Origin: a virus
Lineage: Duplodnaviria; Caudoviricetes
DNA length: 64,000 bases
Strand: one strand, 5' to 3'
Virus record (IMG/VR): IMGVR_UViG_3300028887_000099
Span: 1 to 64,000 of that record
In this document: piece by piece, positions 61,895 to 64,000 of the stretch
Numbering within the stretch: position 1 is the stretch's first letter
Layout: every line of letters starts with the position of its first letter
The notes under the pieces: model-generated
The model's input: the letters and a program-made list of their open reading frames with translations, nothing else
The model's database searches: none
Told to the model about the DNA's origin: nothing
Program-made: the position numbers and the translations under genes

Positions 61895-64000
61895 ATGGAT
61901 AAATACGAAATTAGTTTATGGGAAGATTATTCTGCCTCTAATTCTACCTATTTTAATGAACGGAAAATATGTGTAATTGGTTCTGACACAATGACGTCAT
62001 AGTCGCGCGCTCACGAACCTAATTTAGTGGAAGATATTAATGGTACGCATACTTTTACCTTTAAAATGTATATTTATTATACTGATGGTATAACAGGAGA
62101 AAAAATTAAAAACCCTTTTATATAGTATTTAATTAATGAGAGAAAAATAAAAGTATTTTGGAAAAATGAATGGTATGATTTAGTTATTAAAAAATGTTAG
62201 GAAGATTCTAGTGGAAAAATCATCACTTATACTTGTACTGATTTATTTATTAATGAATTAAGTAAAAGTGGCTATTCTTTAGAATTTTCTACAGAGTTAG
62301 AAAATAATATTGGAACTATTGAAGAATTAGCAACAGCAGTATTAAAAGGTTCTACATGGTAGTATGATAGTTAGTAGTCTGATTATATTGAATAGTATTG
62401 CGAAGGGACGGTTTATGAAGTTGTTGTATCTCGTGGCTTTACCGCAACTCGTTAGGCTTATGATACTACAGCAACTTAGAACATTAATAGTGGTCAAAAA
62501 ATATTAATTTTTTATGATTCTGTAGCTAGTTATTTTGATTTGAGTGGTAGTTAGTCTGCTACAATTTAGTTTTGGTATTCTGATAGCTATATAACAGATG
62601 TTAATGATATTTTAGTCACTACAGGAAATTGTTATAAAGCAGATTTTATTCTTAAGAAAAATGGAAACTACTTAGAAGGTTATATTAATAATATTAATAA
62701 TATTAATAATAGAGTTTTTCAACTTGATTTTTCCCAAGGGGTGTCTTAGAATTATCGCGCACGCCGTATGATTTAGTCACAAAAAAGTGAATATGACGAT
62801 TTACTTGGTAGATATGTATTGCTTTGTAAAAAAGATGGTAAAGAAATTTATGAAATTGCTACTACTGAATATTCTGACCCATTAGCAGTAATTAATTTAA
62901 TTGCTAATCCTAAAGATTTTACTAGTATGGAAGGGTGGATTGGTGGAGATGGAGTTATAACTTGGAAAATATATCCGGAATTTACAAGTACTACAACTAT
63001 TAGCACTTATACTGCCACTTCTTATTTAAAAATAAATGGTTGGTGGGCTGACACAAATACAGGTTATATATATAATACTGGTTTATAGTCAAATATTTCT
63101 TATTTTACTCCAACTGCGCTTGAAATTAAAGATGGTAAAATCGGTGGGATTACAAAAGGGGAGAAATATGTTAGCCGCTTTAAAGCTAAAACCGATAATA
63201 ATAATAATCCAGGTTCATATGTAAAAGCTGAAGATGGTAAAAAAATTTTTTGTTAGCTATTTAAATATGATAAAAATACTTATAAAGTAATTAATAAAAA
63301 TGAAGGTGTTTTTGTTGTAGGTTCTATGACCGATAATGATAAGTGGGTTGAAGTAATTTTAACAGCTAATTAGTCTATTTCGGCTCAAGAAATGAATGAT
63401 TATGGTTTATTTATTTATTGTAATGGTACTTATTGGATTGAAGATATATAGTTCTTTAAATATATGGAAGGTATTACTTCTTATAATAGTACAGATTATA
63501 AGCGAATGAACCCTGGGGAAATCTCTCTTCAATCAGTTGCACGCCCAGTATATAAATATTATAATAAAAACCATTCAAATATTACAGATCCAACTCAATT
63601 AACTTATCTTGGAGTTTTTGATACAGAGCAAATTACAACTTACCCACCAGTATATAATAATTATGAAAAAATAGCTACTATTGAAGCAAAAGAATCTAAT
63701 CGTTTCAATATTTTATAGTCTTTAGCTGAAACGTTTTAGGCTTGGGTAAGATTTAGAATAGAACATAATGATGATGGTTCTATTAAGTTTGATAATAAAG
63801 GGATTCCATAGAAATTTGTTTATTTTAAAAAAGAGATTGGAGAAGACACTGGCATATCTTTTGAATATGGTATTGATTTAAAATCTATTAGTCGTACAAT
63901 TGATTCTGATAAAATTACTACTAAAATTATAGTTTAGAATAATGCAAATGAATATGCTTAGAATGGTTTTTGTTCAATCGCGCGCAGTAAATAGAATTTT
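61895..64000 (+). CDS. Tail-associated baseplate hub/Tal-like protein, partial, code 15
   Basis: Follows Dit; open frame with TAG read-through to the window edge; EDINGTHTFTF, YGIDLKSISRTIDSDKITTK. Confidence 0.7.

Noticed and set aside
39633-64000. Pseudogenised or frameshifted structural genes
   Set aside because: All breaks are in-frame TAGs, the fragments share one frame, and a CTA tRNA is present, so this is recoding rather than decay.
1-64000. rRNA genes or host chromosomal origin of the sequence
   Set aside because: No rRNA motifs; gene content (TerL, MCP, TMP, Dit) and recoding indicate a phage.

Overview
This window is a segment of a large, AT-rich tailed phage genome. It is siphovirus-like (tail tube, ~2500-aa tape measure, Dit, Tal) and probably infects a gut Firmicute, judging by sigmaA-type TTGACT-17-TATAAT promoters and AGGAGG ribosome-binding sites. 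It uses an alternative genetic code: TAG is a sense codon, most likely Gln (code 15). Many ORFs in the supplied track are therefore fragments of longer genes, and an amber-suppressor tRNA (anticodon CTA) lies at 10542-10616. Layout: (1) 1-5.5 kb, metabolic/accessory genes and a holin. (2) 5.5-23.1 kb, an array of 35 intact tRNAs covering all 20 amino acids. It is interleaved with several long-range base-paired ncRNA candidates (about 600, 900, 270 and 610 nt plus smaller pseudoknots), an HNH insertion, two tail-fibre/adhesin-like genes and a purine permease. It also holds a Ro60-like (DUF2828, vWA) gene preceded by four tandem tRNA-mimicking RNAs that share an ACAGCAA box; one has the circularly permuted tRNA topology of bacterial Y RNAs. 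(3) 23.3-28.8 kb, small plus-strand genes with essentially no TAG. (4) 28.8-29.4 kb, an origin-like hairpin/repeat region. (5) 29.4-39.2 kb, a minus-strand early-type region built from cassettes, each headed by a TTAGACGT-NNN-ACGTCTAA palindrome just upstream of a -35 box. (6) 39.6-64 kb, a TAG-rich packaging, head and tail module. The best candidate for an undescribed system is the Ro60-like protein plus the ACAGCAA-box Y-like RNA array (18814-20794). All family assignments come from motif recognition, not database searches.
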